A program made the position numbers and the translations under genes. Shown here one piece after another: positions 39,285-52,748 of a DNA stretch of 64,000 nucleotides. Location: assembly GCF_006345805.1 (NCBI RefSeq), contig NC_043004.1:28706001-28770000 (forward strand), read 5' to 3'. A model generated the notes under the pieces. It saw only the letters and a list, made by a program, of their open reading frames with translations, made no database searches and was not told where the DNA came from. Within the stretch, counting starts at the first letter, position 1. Each line of letters starts with the position of its first letter. The stretch is from Octopus sinensis (Eukaryota).

Positions 39285-39789
39285 TCTTTTACTTGTTTCA
39301 GTCATTTGACTGCGGCCATGCTGGAGCACCGCCTTTAATCGAGCAACTCGACCCCGGGACTTATTCTTTTGTAAGCCCAGTACTTATTCTATCGGTCTCT
39401 TTTGCCGAACCGCTAAGTAACGGGGACGTAAACACACCAGCATCGGTTGTCAAGCAATGCTAGGGAGACAAACACAAACACACACAAACACACACACACA
39501 CACATATATATATTCTTTAACTCTTTTACTCTTTTACTTGTTTCAGTCATTTGACTGCGGCCATGCTGGAGCACCGCCTTTAATCGAGCAACTCGACCCC
39601 GGGACTTATTCTTTTGTAAGCCCAGTACTTATTCTATCGGTCTCTTTTGCCGAACCGCTAAGTGACAGGGACGTAAACACACCAGCAGCGGTTGTCAAGC
39701 AATGCTAGGGTGACAAGATGCCACGCAGTGGGACTGAACCCGGAACCATGTGGTTGGTTAGCAAGCTACTTATCACACAGCCACTCCTA
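39075..39789 (-). mobile_element. SINE family A head followed by three tandem 3' modules
   Basis: About 230-bp unit repeated at 39075-39270, 39285-39510, 39520-39710; single head at 39715-39789. Confidence 0.9.
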
Positions 39790-40319
39790 CTTTGTAAATT
39801 TTTTAAAAAGTTACCATTCGTATCACTTGAAATTTTGCAGTTCGTATTAGAACTATAGCTCTTTTATTTGAAATTATTTTTTCGTCATTGCTTCCATGTT
39901 TATTAACTTTTATTCGTGTATATTTTCCTTGCGATCCCGTTTTATTTTTATTTTTATTTTTATTCGTGATATATATTTTCTTGCTATTCCTTTCATTTTT
40001 ATTCACATTTTTTTATATATTATTAACATAGTATTTGTAAATTTTATTTTATTTGGAACACTATATATTACTAACATAGTTTTTGTAAATTTTCGTATAT
40101 TTTTTTAGGTTTTTATTCCTTACTTTATTCGTGTAACTTTTACTTCTGTAACTTTTTATCTTTATTTGAATTTTTATCTGAATTATGGCTTGTACTGTAG
40201 AGTCCAGCGAAACTAATTTAAACATACCTAATTTAGACATACCTATTTTACACATACTTAAGTGTTTTAAAAAAATAAAATATAGTTTATTGTATTGAAC
40301 GCTGATAAAGTGATATAAG

Positions 40320-40414
40320 GGCCTGATGATAGGGGTGGCATTTTGAGAGGGGTTCCAAGGAAACACGGAGTGGTTTAGGAACCCGAGGATGTACCTCATG
40401 AAACACGTGTTGCC
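40320..40414 (+). ncRNA. HHR motif with long stem II
   Basis: GGC-CTGATGA-[70 nt with nested helices]-GAAA-C-ACGT-GTT-GCC; palindromic stem III AACACGTGTT. Confidence 0.65.
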
Positions 40415-40661
40415 AAGTAATAAAAGAGTAGGTATTTAAAATAAAATTTATTTTTATTTGGTGAGAAGTAGGGGTCTCCTATCTCTAAATTAAAATATAT
40501 TTCTTCATTGAGAATAATTTGAACCTCTGTTATGCCGGAATTTTTATTCCTAAGAAATAATATTTATATATATATATATATATTATATAATATATATATA
40601 TTATAGAGAGAGAGAGAGAGAGAGGAGAGATAGAGAGAGAGAGAGAGAGGGGGGGGGGGGG

Positions 40662-40697
<36 letters not shown>

Positions 40698-40698
40698 T

Positions 40699-40791
<93 letters not shown>

Positions 40792-41309
40792 AAAAAGAGG
40801 AGAAAGACAGAAAAGAAGGAGAAAGAGAAAAATGAGAGAAAAACAGGAATGGGATAGGGAAAGAATGAATGAGAATGAAAGTAACGTAAAATCACAAATA
40901 ATAATCAAAAATAAAAAAATATAAAAATATAAAAAAAAAAAGAATAAAGGTGCCCCAGCATGGCCACAGCTCGTGAACTGAAACTAGAATCAATCAATCA
41001 ATATGCCAGTATTATTCATCGTAACTTAGGTTTTGGTAAAGTGGAGGAGGAAGGTATTTATGTCTGTTAATTAAATTGATGAAATGTAGGTTAGGTGTGG
41101 TCAGTGGTCAGTTGGGATAGCTAATAATAGATGCCTAGCTTAAGGGAGTATATATAGGATAAAGCTAAAATTAAGTGGATAAAGGATACAAATTCAAATA
41201 ATTAAAATTTAAAAGTTAAAGTTAAAAATTAAATTTAAATTGGAAATTAAAGATTAAGGATTAAAAGATTAAAATGTAAGGAATTAAAGCTAACTAGCCT
41301 CTAAGGTAC

Positions 41310-41505
41310 TTATGCGTAGCTGTATTTCATCTGCCGTTACGTTTTGAGTTCAAATTCCGCCGAGGTTGACTTTGCCTTTCATCCTTTCGGGGTCGATAAA
41401 TTAAGTACCAGTTACGCACTGAGGTCGATGTAATCGATTAAAACCCTTTGTCTGTCCTTGTTTGTCCCCTCTATGTCTAGCCCCTTGTGGGCAATAAAGA
41501 AATAA
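41310..41505 (+). mobile_element. SINE family B (5'-truncated)
   Basis: Core and tail match. Confidence 0.9.
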
Positions 41506-41730
41506 GAAAAGAAGAGGAAAAACGTACGACTGTAGACGTAAGTGTTATGTGCGTTGATTTTGCTTGCATTTGGACCTAGGGAAGAATCTAAAGGTACGAA
41601 AGAACTTATGCTTAAATGTAGAAAATGCTTCATGTTGTTTATTGAGTAATTGAGTCTAAATCAATTTATTGAGTAAATGTCTAAATCGCATGTACACACG
41701 CACTCACACACACACACACATACACACACA

Positions 41731-41785
<55 letters not shown>

Positions 41786-41786
<1 letters not shown>

Positions 41787-42016
41787 GGCGGCGAGCTGGC
41801 AGAAACGTTAGCACGCCGGGCGAAATGCGTTGCCTTATTTCGTCTGCCGTTACGTTCCGAGTTCAAATTCCGCCGAGGTCGACTTTGCCTTTCATCCTTC
41901 CGGGGTCGATAAATTAAGTACCAGTTACGCACTGGGGTCGATGTAATCGACTTAATCCGTTTGTCTGTCCTTGTTTGTCTCCTCTGTGTTTAGCCCCTTG
42001 TGGGTAGTAAAGAAAT
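41786..42016 (+). mobile_element. SINE family B, full length
   Basis: Head AGGCGGCGAGCTGGCAGAAACGTTAG to tail GTAGTAAAGAAATA. Confidence 0.92.
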
Positions 42017-42648
42017 ATATATATATATGTGTGTGTGTGTGCGTGCGCGAGTGTGTGTGTAAATGCGATTTAGACATTTTGAATTTTGAACAAATTCTCA
42101 GCATGTATATTATTGAAGATAAAACCAACTTCATAGATGTAATATGACAGAAAGTATTGTTTGGAAACGAAATTTACGGTGAGTTTCCTCCAAGAATTAT
42201 TATATCTTCACCCCCATCTGGTACATTCACTCACGTAAACATCTTGTATTTACAGTTAAGATATAACCCACAAGCAAACAAGGGTGACAGTGTCCGCTCG
42301 GTCTGCAAAAAAAAATATATATATCTTTGCGGTAACTTGTTAAGTGTCATAATCTGAGCATATGGCAGTGCTTAAGCAAAGGAGATATATTGAGACCCTG
42401 ATGACTGTATGATGAGAAATGTAAAATTTCGGAATAATCGGCACTTACCATTTTCACATGTGGATGTCCAGCTACTCCTTTTTGGTTAGAAATTCGTATG
42501 AATTTTCACCAATAATTTATTATTTACAGCCACTTCTTTAGAATTCATTTCTGATTCTATTTTATTGTCTTCTTAAACAAAAACACAATCAGTTATATAT
42601 TTCCATAGTAGTAGCTCTATCGGTAGCTTATTAAATTACTAACGTATA

Positions 42649-44412
42649 CGGTGCCCCGCAAAAGTTTACAACACACAATCAAAACTCCAAGTTTACATAT
42701 ATTGAATCAACGCAGGTTAATGAAATTTCCATCATTTATGAAGTTTTTTATAATAAATTCAATGCAACAATGAGTACTACATAATAATGATTTCAAATTT
42801 TTGCCACGAAGGCAGCTTGGGGAGGGAATTAAGTTGATTACATCGACCCCCAGTGCGTAACTGGTACTTATTTAATCAACCCCGAAAGGATGAAAGGCAA
42901 AGTCGACCTCGGCGGAATTTGAACTCGAACGGAAAAATTTGATATGGAAAAAAAGGCGAAATTCAAAGTGCAAACATTTACAACACATTTAACTCAATTG
43001 AATAATTTTCCAGACATTTTAAGAAAAAAAATGATACCCCACCCACCCAGGAATGTGTACAGTGTTCTAGAAAGTACGGGAAGTTTCGTTTATGAGCATT
43101 TTATAGCCATTGCATCAATTCTGACAATATCACCGTAGAGTGAACATCATCATCATCATGGGTAAAAATAAACAAATTAGTCAAGACCTCCATGAGCGTA
43201 TTGTTGCCCTTCATGAGAGTGGCAGTGGGTACGGAAAGATCTCTGTACAGCTGAGCGTACCCCTGAGTTTAGTTGGTGCGATAATACGTAACTGGAAATC
43301 TCGCAATTCCATTCTCCCTCTAGTCCGCTCCGGTCGCCTACGTAAGTTCGCAGAGCGTACAGCAAGATAACTTGCAAGAACAGCTAGTAATAGACGACAA
43401 ACTACACTCAAGGATCTGTAGGAAGACCTGGGTACATGTGAAGCACATGTGAGCAAGGATGCAATTAGTAGATCACCTTGTTGTTATTTTCTCTTTTCTT
43501 GTTCTCCAAGAAAAAACCCCATTGCTTGAGAAACGTCACGTTAAAGCTCGTTTGGCCTTGGAAAAAACATATCTAAATGAACTGGCAACATTGGGAAAAC
43601 GTAGTTTGGTCTGACGCTGACGAAACTAAGATTGAGTTTTTCGGCAGAAATTCGATCAGCAAGGTTCGGAGAAAGAATGACACAGAATACGCACCTATAG
43701 TTAAATTCGAAGGCGGATCAGAAATAGTATGGGCTTGTTTTTGCTCATCAGGTGTTGGAATAATGCAAATAATCAAAGGAACATTTGATGGTGAAAAATA
43801 TAGATTTTAGAGAGATTTTTAATACCTAAAGCTTGCTCCCAAAACTTAGAACAAGGACGAGCCTTTCCACAGGGTAATGATTCAAAGCACACCGCAGATC
43901 TGACCAAGAACTGGCCGAAAACAAATGGGATTAATGTTCTGGAATGGCCTAGTCACTCTCCAGACTTCAATCCAATCGAAAATTTGTAGAAAGAATTGAA
44001 ACTCAGAGTTCAAACAAGGAACCTGGGTAACTTACCGGAATTGAAAAGAATTTGTGTAAAAGAATGGGGGGAAATAAGCCCCACTATGTGTAAAAAGTGT
44101 AAGGAGACTATTCAAAGCGCTCACAAGCCCTCATCATCGACAAGGGTTTTATGCATCTAAATACTGTTTTGATTATATAAGTGCGTTGTAAACTTTTGCG
44201 TTTTGAATTTCAACTTTTTTCCATATAAAATTTTTCCGTTCATTTTATTTTATGTAATTCTAAATTGTTGCACATTGAATTTATTACAAAAAAAAAAACT
44301 TCATAAACATTGGAAATTTCGTTAACCTGCTATATATATATATATATATATATATACTCACTATATGTAAACTTCAATTTTTTACTGTGTTGTAAACTTT
44401 TGCGGGCCACTG
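42649..44412 (+). mobile_element. Full-length Tc1 (DD34E-type) transposon, pseudogenised
   Basis: About 54-bp TIRs C(G/A)GTG(C/G)CCCGCAAAAGTTTACAACACA.., TA flanks; MGKNKQISQDLHERIVALH, VVWSD..ETKIEFFG, NDSKH, WPSHSPDFNPIENL. Confidence 0.93.
42786..42927 (-). mobile_element. SINE family B fragment nested in the Tc1 5' region
   Basis: GAAAGGATGAAAGGCAAAGTCGACCTCGGCGGAATTTGAACTC. Confidence 0.9.
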
Positions 44413-44417
44413 TATTT

Positions 44418-44495
<78 letters not shown>

Positions 44496-45089
44496 GTGTG
44501 TGCGCGTGTGTGTGTGTGCGCGTGTGTGTGTGTGTACATACACACGAAATTGAGAATTCAAGTATTTTTTTTAGTTCTGCTTGAAACTATTTTTATATAA
44601 CACGACCGGCATAGTTTTTCTGATATCAGGTTGTATGTCTTCTGCACGTTCCATTTCATCACGTGATAACTTCTTTACACAGTTTTCCTTTCTTCTGGTT
44701 ATTTTTTTTTTTTAAATAAATAAATAAATAAATGAACTCAAAAAAAAAAAAAGAAAGAAAAATCAATTTCCATAAACTGTTTACAATAGGAATCTTATTC
44801 TCCAACTCTCGTTCTCTTCGTTGTTTGACACCATCACATGATGTTATATCGCTTTTATTTCTGTGCATGTTTGTGTTTGCACGTGAGGCTCCATCCTCAT
44901 TTAGCATATTTTGCAATTCTTTCCCTTTTTTCGTTTGGAAACATACTTCTGGCAAATTTTACAACAAAAAAAAAATTGCTTTTTTATCAAAATACCTTCT
45001 GCTCCAACCGTTGAAACTTCTCTCTCTCTGCTCCTCACTCTATTTTGCATATCTCATCCTTTCCCTCACTAACACTATTTGTCATTGTA

Positions 45090-45329
45090 TATATGTGCGT
45101 CTGTATGCATGCATGCGTGCGTGCATGTATGTATGTATGCATGTATGTATGTATGTATGTATGTATGTATGTATGTATGTATGTGTGTGTGTGTATGTAT
45201 GTATGTATGTATGTATGTATGTATGTATGTATGTATGTATGTATTTATGTATGTATGTAATGTATGTATGTATGTATGTATGTATGTAATGTATGTATGT
45301 ATGTATGTATGCATGTAATGTATGTAATG

Positions 45330-45360
<31 letters not shown>

Positions 45361-45378
45361 TGTATGTATGTATGTATG

Positions 45379-45409
<31 letters not shown>

Positions 45410-45640
45410 TGTATGTAATGTATGTATGCATGTATGTATGTATGTATGTATGTAACGTATGTATGTATGCATGCATGAAAGTATGCATGTATGTGTGTAT
45501 GTATGTATGTAATGTATGTATGCATGTATGTAATGTATGTATGTATGCATGTATGTGTGTATGTATGTATGCACACACTCGCACGCACACACTCACACAC
45601 ACACACACCACACACACATACACACACACACACACAAACA
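45090..45640. repeat. Long (ATGT)n / (CA)n microsatellite array
   Basis: Direct. Confidence 0.95.
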
Positions 45641-45789
45641 CAAACACACGCACTAGCTCAAGTACTCGGCGTTGTCTGAGTTGACTCAAGAAATTAATAG
45701 TAACACAGCAAAGCAATTCTTTTAACAAATAATATATCTTTTGGAAAAACGCTCAGCGAAATTTCGGACTACGTACACTTCATTCCGAA

Positions 45790-46110
45790 TTTCTTAAATC
45801 TTGCAAGCTTCGATTCAGAGCTTCCAAAAACTTATCTGCCATCGTGCTCTCGTTACCAGATAATGAAACAAAGCCTGTTTAATACTTGTTCCATCTCAAA
45901 TGTTTTTCTAATGATTCAACCTGGTGGTGTATCATTGTTAGCTACATTGAAGGACGGTTTGAAAGTAGAGTGAGCTGTTCTTCCATCGCGAAGTAAAGCA
46001 TAACTGTAAGCGCAACAACCAAAGCTATTTTACCTGTTGTTGCAGTTTTGCAAGTAACAGCTTAGTGACAAATGTTGTTTTTCCTGTTCCCGCAGCTAAA
46101 ACAAGAAAAA
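45790..46110 (-). mobile_element. Helitron PIF1-type helicase remnant
   Basis: AAGTGKT-FVTKLLLAK (Walker A), GRTAHSTFK, FLEALNRSLQDLRNS in shifted frames. Confidence 0.75.
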
Positions 46111-47023
46111 AGAAGTCCTCGCTTTGATAAAATATCCTTTCGAGTATAGCATCTATATAATAATCTGCTTGTTCGTTTGGAGTAAAAGTGAGAGGGCAGA
46201 GGGGTAGGACTGTGAGCAGAGGAGAAAGACGTGAAAAAGAAATAGAGAAAGGTGTTTAAGACCGAATGCGTCACGTGATTAGTCGAATGGAGAGGCGAAA
46301 AGTGAGAGAAAAGACGGTGAGAAAAAAGGAGAGTGAAGGGTTAACGACGTGCTTAGAGTGGGGAGGGAAAGGTAAAGAGAAAGAGATATGTTTAAAATAC
46401 AATATTTAGCAGAGGGTGAAGTTCTGGGTGGTGAGGTTAATGAATGGCAGATAAGAGAGAGATGGATGGGGAGGCATTTGCATAAAGAGAGAGAGGGGGG
46501 CAGTTAGCGTTTGTATTGTCAGAGTAGAGATACATCGACAGCAAGAAAAGTAAATATAAACAAACAGCTGAACTGAACTGAAACGAAATGAGTTTTGTTA
46601 CTGAAAACTATAGTGATGGTGGTAGTGGGGGTGGTGTGTTACTAAACTGTCTTGTTTTTATCAGTTTTATAAATGGCGAAATAATTTAATATTTCGGCCA
46701 GGAAACGCTGAGTAGCTGTATTTCACTAGGCTTTTTTGAGTTTTTTATTATAAAAAAAATACCTTTACTCTCTTAACTGGTCGATTTGTTGAAAATCAAA
46801 CCCTTCAATACTCACACGCGCACGCACATACAAAGATATATATATAAACAGCTGGTTGCAATGTCATACTGTAAAGGAAAATTATAGTCACCAGCTAAAC
46901 GTGACTAAGAGTGTCAAGACACATACAATGTTAGAAATAAGAGCTAAATGCTCCAATGCTGTTAAAAAACACATAACATGTATTCTGATAGGGTTGGTTG
47001 CAATCTCCCCGAACACCGAACCG

Positions 47024-47097
47024 AGAATTCCTTAGACTGACTTATCAGTTTCGGCTATTTCCGTAGCCATCGTCAGTAAGGCTGGCTTGGGAATTCC
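47024..47097 (-). ncRNA. Complete type I hammerhead ribozyme
   Basis: GGAAUUC-bulge-CUUA-CUGACGA-U-GGCUA-CGGAAA-UAGCC-GAA-ACUGA-UAAG-UCAGU-C-UAAG-GAAUUCU; all three stems pair; GUC site at 47037-47035. Confidence 0.88.
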
Positions 47098-47634
47098 AAG
47101 GTTTTAAGGAATGTGGAACCACCGCTTAGCCGCTATTGTTCCCAGGTCTACTCTCAACCTGAGTAGCGGTAACAGTTAGCATCCCAGCTTTGGATCAGGC
47201 GCACAGAAGAAGGCCACTCACAGACACACGAACGGATCGAGGTTGATGAAACCTTTCAGATCTTAGCTGTTTATTAATGAAATGTTAACTCTATACAAAT
47301 CATCGTAACTACTGGGTTTGAGGCACTCATTGCACTAGATAAATACAAGAAAGAAAGAGTGGGAATGGATCTACAGAAACCATGTACTCTACAATAATAT
47401 GCGTCATTACGGTTGTTTAGAAAACCAAAAGGACAGCACCAAAAAATACTGTGCATCTATGTTTTGCTGAACTTCCGTTTGTCGAAATGAAGAGAGAGTT
47501 CACCTCATCAACCCATCCTTCCATCTGTCCATCCATCCATCCATCCATCCATCCACCCATCCATCCATCCATCTAACCATCCCTCCATCCATCCACACAC
47601 GCACAAACACACACACACATATACATAACTGGGG

Positions 47635-47730
47635 ATTGTTAAAAGATGCCTAATAAACAAAAGGGACAGTGAAGCCCTTGGAATTCCAAGATGCAACCGA
47701 AAAATTATGTTATACTTCTGTGGGAGGCAC
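47635..47730 (+). mobile_element. Short fragment of the RLE LINE family
   Basis: CCCTTGGAATTCCAAGATGCAACCG matches about 30810-30835. Confidence 0.7.
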
Positions 47731-47789
47731 CACACACACACACACATACACACACACGCACACACATACGCACACACGCACACACACAT

Positions 47790-48830
47790 ATCCTTCCAGG
47801 ATCTTCCAGAAGTATATTGCAGCATATCTTTCCAGACTTCGTTCTAGGGAGTAAAATCTTAAGTCTTGAATCTTTCCGAGTAGTTAATTTGCTGCATTGA
47901 GATTAACTTCTTCGTTTAGCTTCGCTGGACTGCTGCGTGGTCCGCTATTATTTTCACACTGTGAGGTGACCATCGTTGGGAACAACAGTCAAGACAACTT
48001 AGAACAAATAGCCTTCAGAGAACTATCGTGGCTTCCGGCTCTCTTTTTCTGAAAGTTCTAAGAATTCATCCGATCATTTGCCTGCATTTCATTGCCAGCT
48101 TAGTAATATGCACATGGAAGTATGCATCACTACTGATGCCAGTGTCCAAGTCACGCATTGATTGTGACTCTGGAACTGCAATCCCTCCAAGTCCAGTGCA
48201 TTTTGTATGCATTGCATTTAATTTTGCTGACAGCGTAGAGCTTAGAACTTTCCAACATTAGACTGCATGTTAATATCGTCAGTCCACTTGCATACTGCAT
48301 CTAACTTTTGTGGCATGTGCATGCCATCTTCAGAGTTTTGTATTACCCGTGAGATTTTTGTGTCATCTGCATAGCTTTGACGATGTCTCTCTGTGTGGAT
48401 GAGGCCATACTGAGAGGGCCAGTTTGAACAGTAGTAGCTCCAAGACAATGCCTTGTGAGACACCACTCATTATTTGCGTTTCCTTGGAGGTGACTCCTTT
48501 GCCCACCACTGCCCGACTCCTGTCTTTTAAAACGTCGTGTAGCCACTCTCCAAGTGATCTAACTATGCCGAGGTCACGCAGGTTGTGACATCATTCCATG
48601 ATGGACTTTATCAAAGGCATTCGCAAAGTCAGAATATATTACATCCACGTTTGAGTGCTTAAGCAGTTATTTCAACCCAGTCATAATGACATAAGAGCTG
48701 TGTAAGGCAGCTTCTTCCTGGAATGAAAACATGTTGGGTATCAGTTAGCAAGTCATTTTCTTCACGGAACGTGATTAATTTCCTACGGGCTATCCATCCC
48801 ATGACTTTCCTGATATAAAGCAAGTTTCAT
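47790..48830 (-). mobile_element. Degenerate CR1-clade LINE RT/C-terminus
   Basis: [58 protein letters not shown]. Confidence 0.85.
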
Positions 48831-49149
48831 AGGTACTACGGCCAAAACTCACGTGTTTTCGTTACCGTTGTAAGTTTTTACCAATTAAAATATAACTGTG
48901 TATACACTCATGCATGAGTTTTGTTTTATGATTTTGTCCTATTAAGCCCAAACAGAGAACCATACATATGTATACACACATATGTCTATATATATTTATT
49001 AATATATAAAGTTATCATATGCTTTCAAGTTCAGTAATTTTTCCACGCATATCGATATCCTTTACATATATATGCATTCACCCTCCACGCCTATCACTGT
49101 TCATGAGTGAAAATATATTTTCTTCATTAATGTAGCTATATCCAGTTAT

Positions 49150-49640
49150 ACAAAATGAATGCAGTAGACGACATATTCGAGCGCTTCAGAGTTACCGTTT
49201 AAAACATGGCCACGGCTGCTGCAAATACTTGAAGATTAGCCTTTGTCTTCCACCTACACCATAGTTCTCGCTGATATTTTTATAATGCGCTCCTCTGTCA
49301 ACGATTTTCCTTTTTGTGTTTCGAGGCTTTTTCAACCAATGGTTTGAGATATCTCGAAAGCCTTTGCTGGATTTCTTTACCATTGTTTCTTAACGAATAG
49401 GTGACGATGTTAAAATGAGTGATACGAAGGTTTGTTAATTTCTGCTTTGTGTATGATGTCCTCTGCACTGAGGATTCATATAGCATGTATGCACTGGTGG
49501 TTGTACATGAATTATCGGTCTCAGTAGCGGGGAATATAAACTTATCTTAAAGTTATGTGCGATGGATAGGTTCTTATAACTATGGCTATTAGGAAAGTGC
49601 CCATCAATGAAATTTAGGAATGTTTTTGACATCTTCGATT
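49150..49640 (-). mobile_element. Degenerate PLE linker/GIY-YIG remnant
   Basis: FLNFIDGHFPNSHSYK and downstream pieces resembling the 11960 and 56494 endonucleases. Confidence 0.65.
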
Positions 49641-50689
49641 AGTGATAAGCGAATAAGAAACTGTAATTGAAATGATATTGTATATTTTCTTTTTTATGAA
49701 TTCGGGGTTAATGTTTTCATTCGCTTAAAAGATATTACAGTAATGAAATTCCCTGTCAATATCTTTAAATAGCTGCGAAATACCTCTACGTATATTCTTG
49801 ATAAGATTTTTAAATGCTTCCAGTTAAGCAACAGCTTGGGTTAAACACAAAATTAGATTTATGTCCATAGATCGTGATAAAATCTTTAATCTGTCATCAA
49901 TTTAAAGTTTTATTATTATGTCTTTCATTTCTGTATTTACGTGGGCTAGCTCCCAGTTTTAAATGTAGGCTATTATCAATTTAAAGGTATTTTAACTTCA
50001 TAAGAAAGATCAGAATATTTTAGATATTTTTGACATTCCTAACTTTAGATTTGAGAATATTTTGGAAAGAATTAAACACGTACATGTACGCACGCACGCA
50101 CACACACACCTTTACTTGTTTCGCCTTTGCTATGATTATTTGCTTATCTCATTGCATTGCCACACCCATCTCCGGTTTTGGTAAATGTGAGAATTAATGT
50201 TGCCCTCAGTTGCATTTTTTGCCATGCTGTGGGACAAAAAAATCATCTGACTTTTGAATACATCAGCATCGACGCCTCGTAGATCTCTAAGCTTTTTTTG
50301 TAAATTGTGAAAAAACTGTAGTCCCCCTTAACCCTAAGCTGTTACAGCATTGGGTTCTTACTGTAGATCGAGACAGCGAAAACTTCGGTACGATGAGGTT
50401 CGAGGGTTGGCATTGCTTTTAAGTTCAAAGTTAGGTGTTATATATAAGTTTTTAGAGTATCTATTAAAAGTATTCGTACAGAATAAATTTATGATTTTCT
50501 ATGCCACAAAATAATGTTAAAATATTTTTTTTTACTAGAACTTTCTCGTTTGTTCCAATAATCTTATCAGTTATCATTTTTAAGTGTCAAAACACTAGCT
50601 TCTTCATTAAGCATTGAGACAATATAAAGTAGTATCGTAATAATTGCGAAAAGTAAAGAACTCACAAATTCAGTGAAAAACTTAATTAT

Positions 50690-51155
50690 TGAACAGTAGA
50701 AAGCAGGTAAAAGTTGCAGGAAAATATCAGAGACCCTTTGTATTCCATTTTCTACCATATCTTCATTTATTCAAAGAATTTTTAAAAAATCGGGAACTGT
50801 TGAAAACAGAAATAAGATCCGGTGCACCACGCAAGATTTCTCCTAGATCTTTAAGAAAAATGAAGCGAAGAATCGGAAAAAAAAACAATGATCACCAGAA
50901 AGGAGTTGCAAGAAGATTTGTTGGCTTCAGGGACTAGTGTTACACTACGAACAATCAGCAATGAACTTCATAGGAATGAACTGAAATCACGCTCTCCTAG
51001 AAAAACTCCGCTGTTGACTAAAAGGCATAGAGATGACGTTTAAAATTTGTTTATGAACATAAAGATAAATCTGATACATTCTGGGAAAATGTTCTATGAA
51101 CAGATGAGCCGAAAATTGAATTGTTTGGACGAAATTCGCGTAGCCATGTTCGGAG
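50690..51155 (+). mobile_element. Tc1 transposase N-terminal fragment
   Basis: GKSCRKISETLCIPFSTIS, RSGAPRKISPR, KTPLLTKRH, FWENVL*TDEPKIELFGRN. Confidence 0.85.
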
Positions 51156-52260
51156 GAAAGATGGTACCGCCTATTCGCCGAAAAACACAATTCCTACCGG
51201 CACATCCATTGAAGATGGTAGTTTCTGTCACATGAAGTGGTAATGTCTTCACAATCAACCATGTCCCATTGCATAATTTAGGCGGATCTAAATTTCTTAG
51301 AAACATTATTAGGACTCCTACCTTCAGAAAAAAGTTTATGTGGAGGAGTTCCAAATGGCTCAAGAGAATTAAGGAACTCTGTTGGATAATGAGCAGCTTA
51401 ATTTACATCAAGTACCGAATCAACTGATTTGTACTTCTTAATGACTGCTGGAATCTTATTCGTTATTTCATGGTTAATCCTTGCTACTCTCTCTATGTTG
51501 TTTTTAGGGTATTTTTTCGGGGGGGGGGGGTATTAGAATTGCCCTTTCACACAACCATTGTAAATTATAATTATTACTTAAGTCTGGAAATGCTCTGTTC
51601 TTCAATTCATTTGGGGAATTCACCATGATAGCAAGATGAGCCAAACTGATATCACCATTCCCATCAAATGGCACTTTCCCATTTCCTAACTGGGGGAGCC
51701 AGGTTGACAACTGTTCTGCACTTTGGTCCCCATATAATAAAACTCGCATGTTAGTATTGAAGGAGAATTTCTGCACTTTATTTCATAGGTGTGAAGACTT
51801 AATGCATGCTTTTATTTCATCAGATCTTGTTCGTCTCGGAATGACTGGTAATGCCTATTTGAAGTCTCCTGATAAAACTAATTTAACTGCTCCCATTGAG
51901 TTATTCTTGCCTCTGATGTCCTGTAAGGTCTTATCAAGAGCTTCCATTGCCGTCCCTATGTGACATTGTGCATTCATCCCAAATGATAAGGTGGTATTGG
52001 CACGACACTTCTGCTGGACCTGAATCTTTGCTTATTTTACAAATTGAACTGCCATTCGTGACCAGGTCTAGTGGTAATTTAAAAGCAGAATGAGCTGCTC
52101 GTCCTCTTGGGAGAATGGTGGCAGCAAAGCCAGACAATGTTATAGCAACTGCAATTATTTTTTGTTGCCTTACTTTGGAGAGAAGCAACGTTACAAATAT
52201 TTTGTCTGTGCCACCCGAAAATCAAGAAAGAAAATTCCTCTACTTTTTTATGGCAATTGT
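51155..52260 (-). mobile_element. Helitron PIF1-type helicase fragment
   Basis: AATILPRGRAAHSAFKLPL..IIWDECTMSH, TNMRV, LKVGVLIMFLRNLDPPKLCNGT. Confidence 0.92.
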
Positions 52261-52697
52261 GCAACGCTGCACGCATGCGCGCGCACACACACACACACAC
52301 GCACACACACACAAATACATATACATATAGTATCAAACAGATGAAATGGACGTGTGTGTGTGTGTGTGCATGAGAGAGAGAGAGAGAGAGGGAGAGTCAT
52401 TTAGGCGTCCCTTTCTCACACACACACACACACACACGCACACATACATAGAAAAATAGATGTATGCGTATGTATTTATCTATGTACGTATACATGACAA
52501 CACAACCCCCTCACTCACACACATACAGACACAGACACACACACACATACATAAATGTATACAAAAATGTACATAGAAAAATCACGTGTGAGTGTGACTG
52601 ACTAGAAATATAGAGCTGAACATAGCGTGCAAAAAGAAAATAAATAAAAAAAAGTTTACGAAGTGTGCGAGTTCAGAACGAAATCAAACCTGAAGGA

Positions 52698-52748
<51 letters not shown>

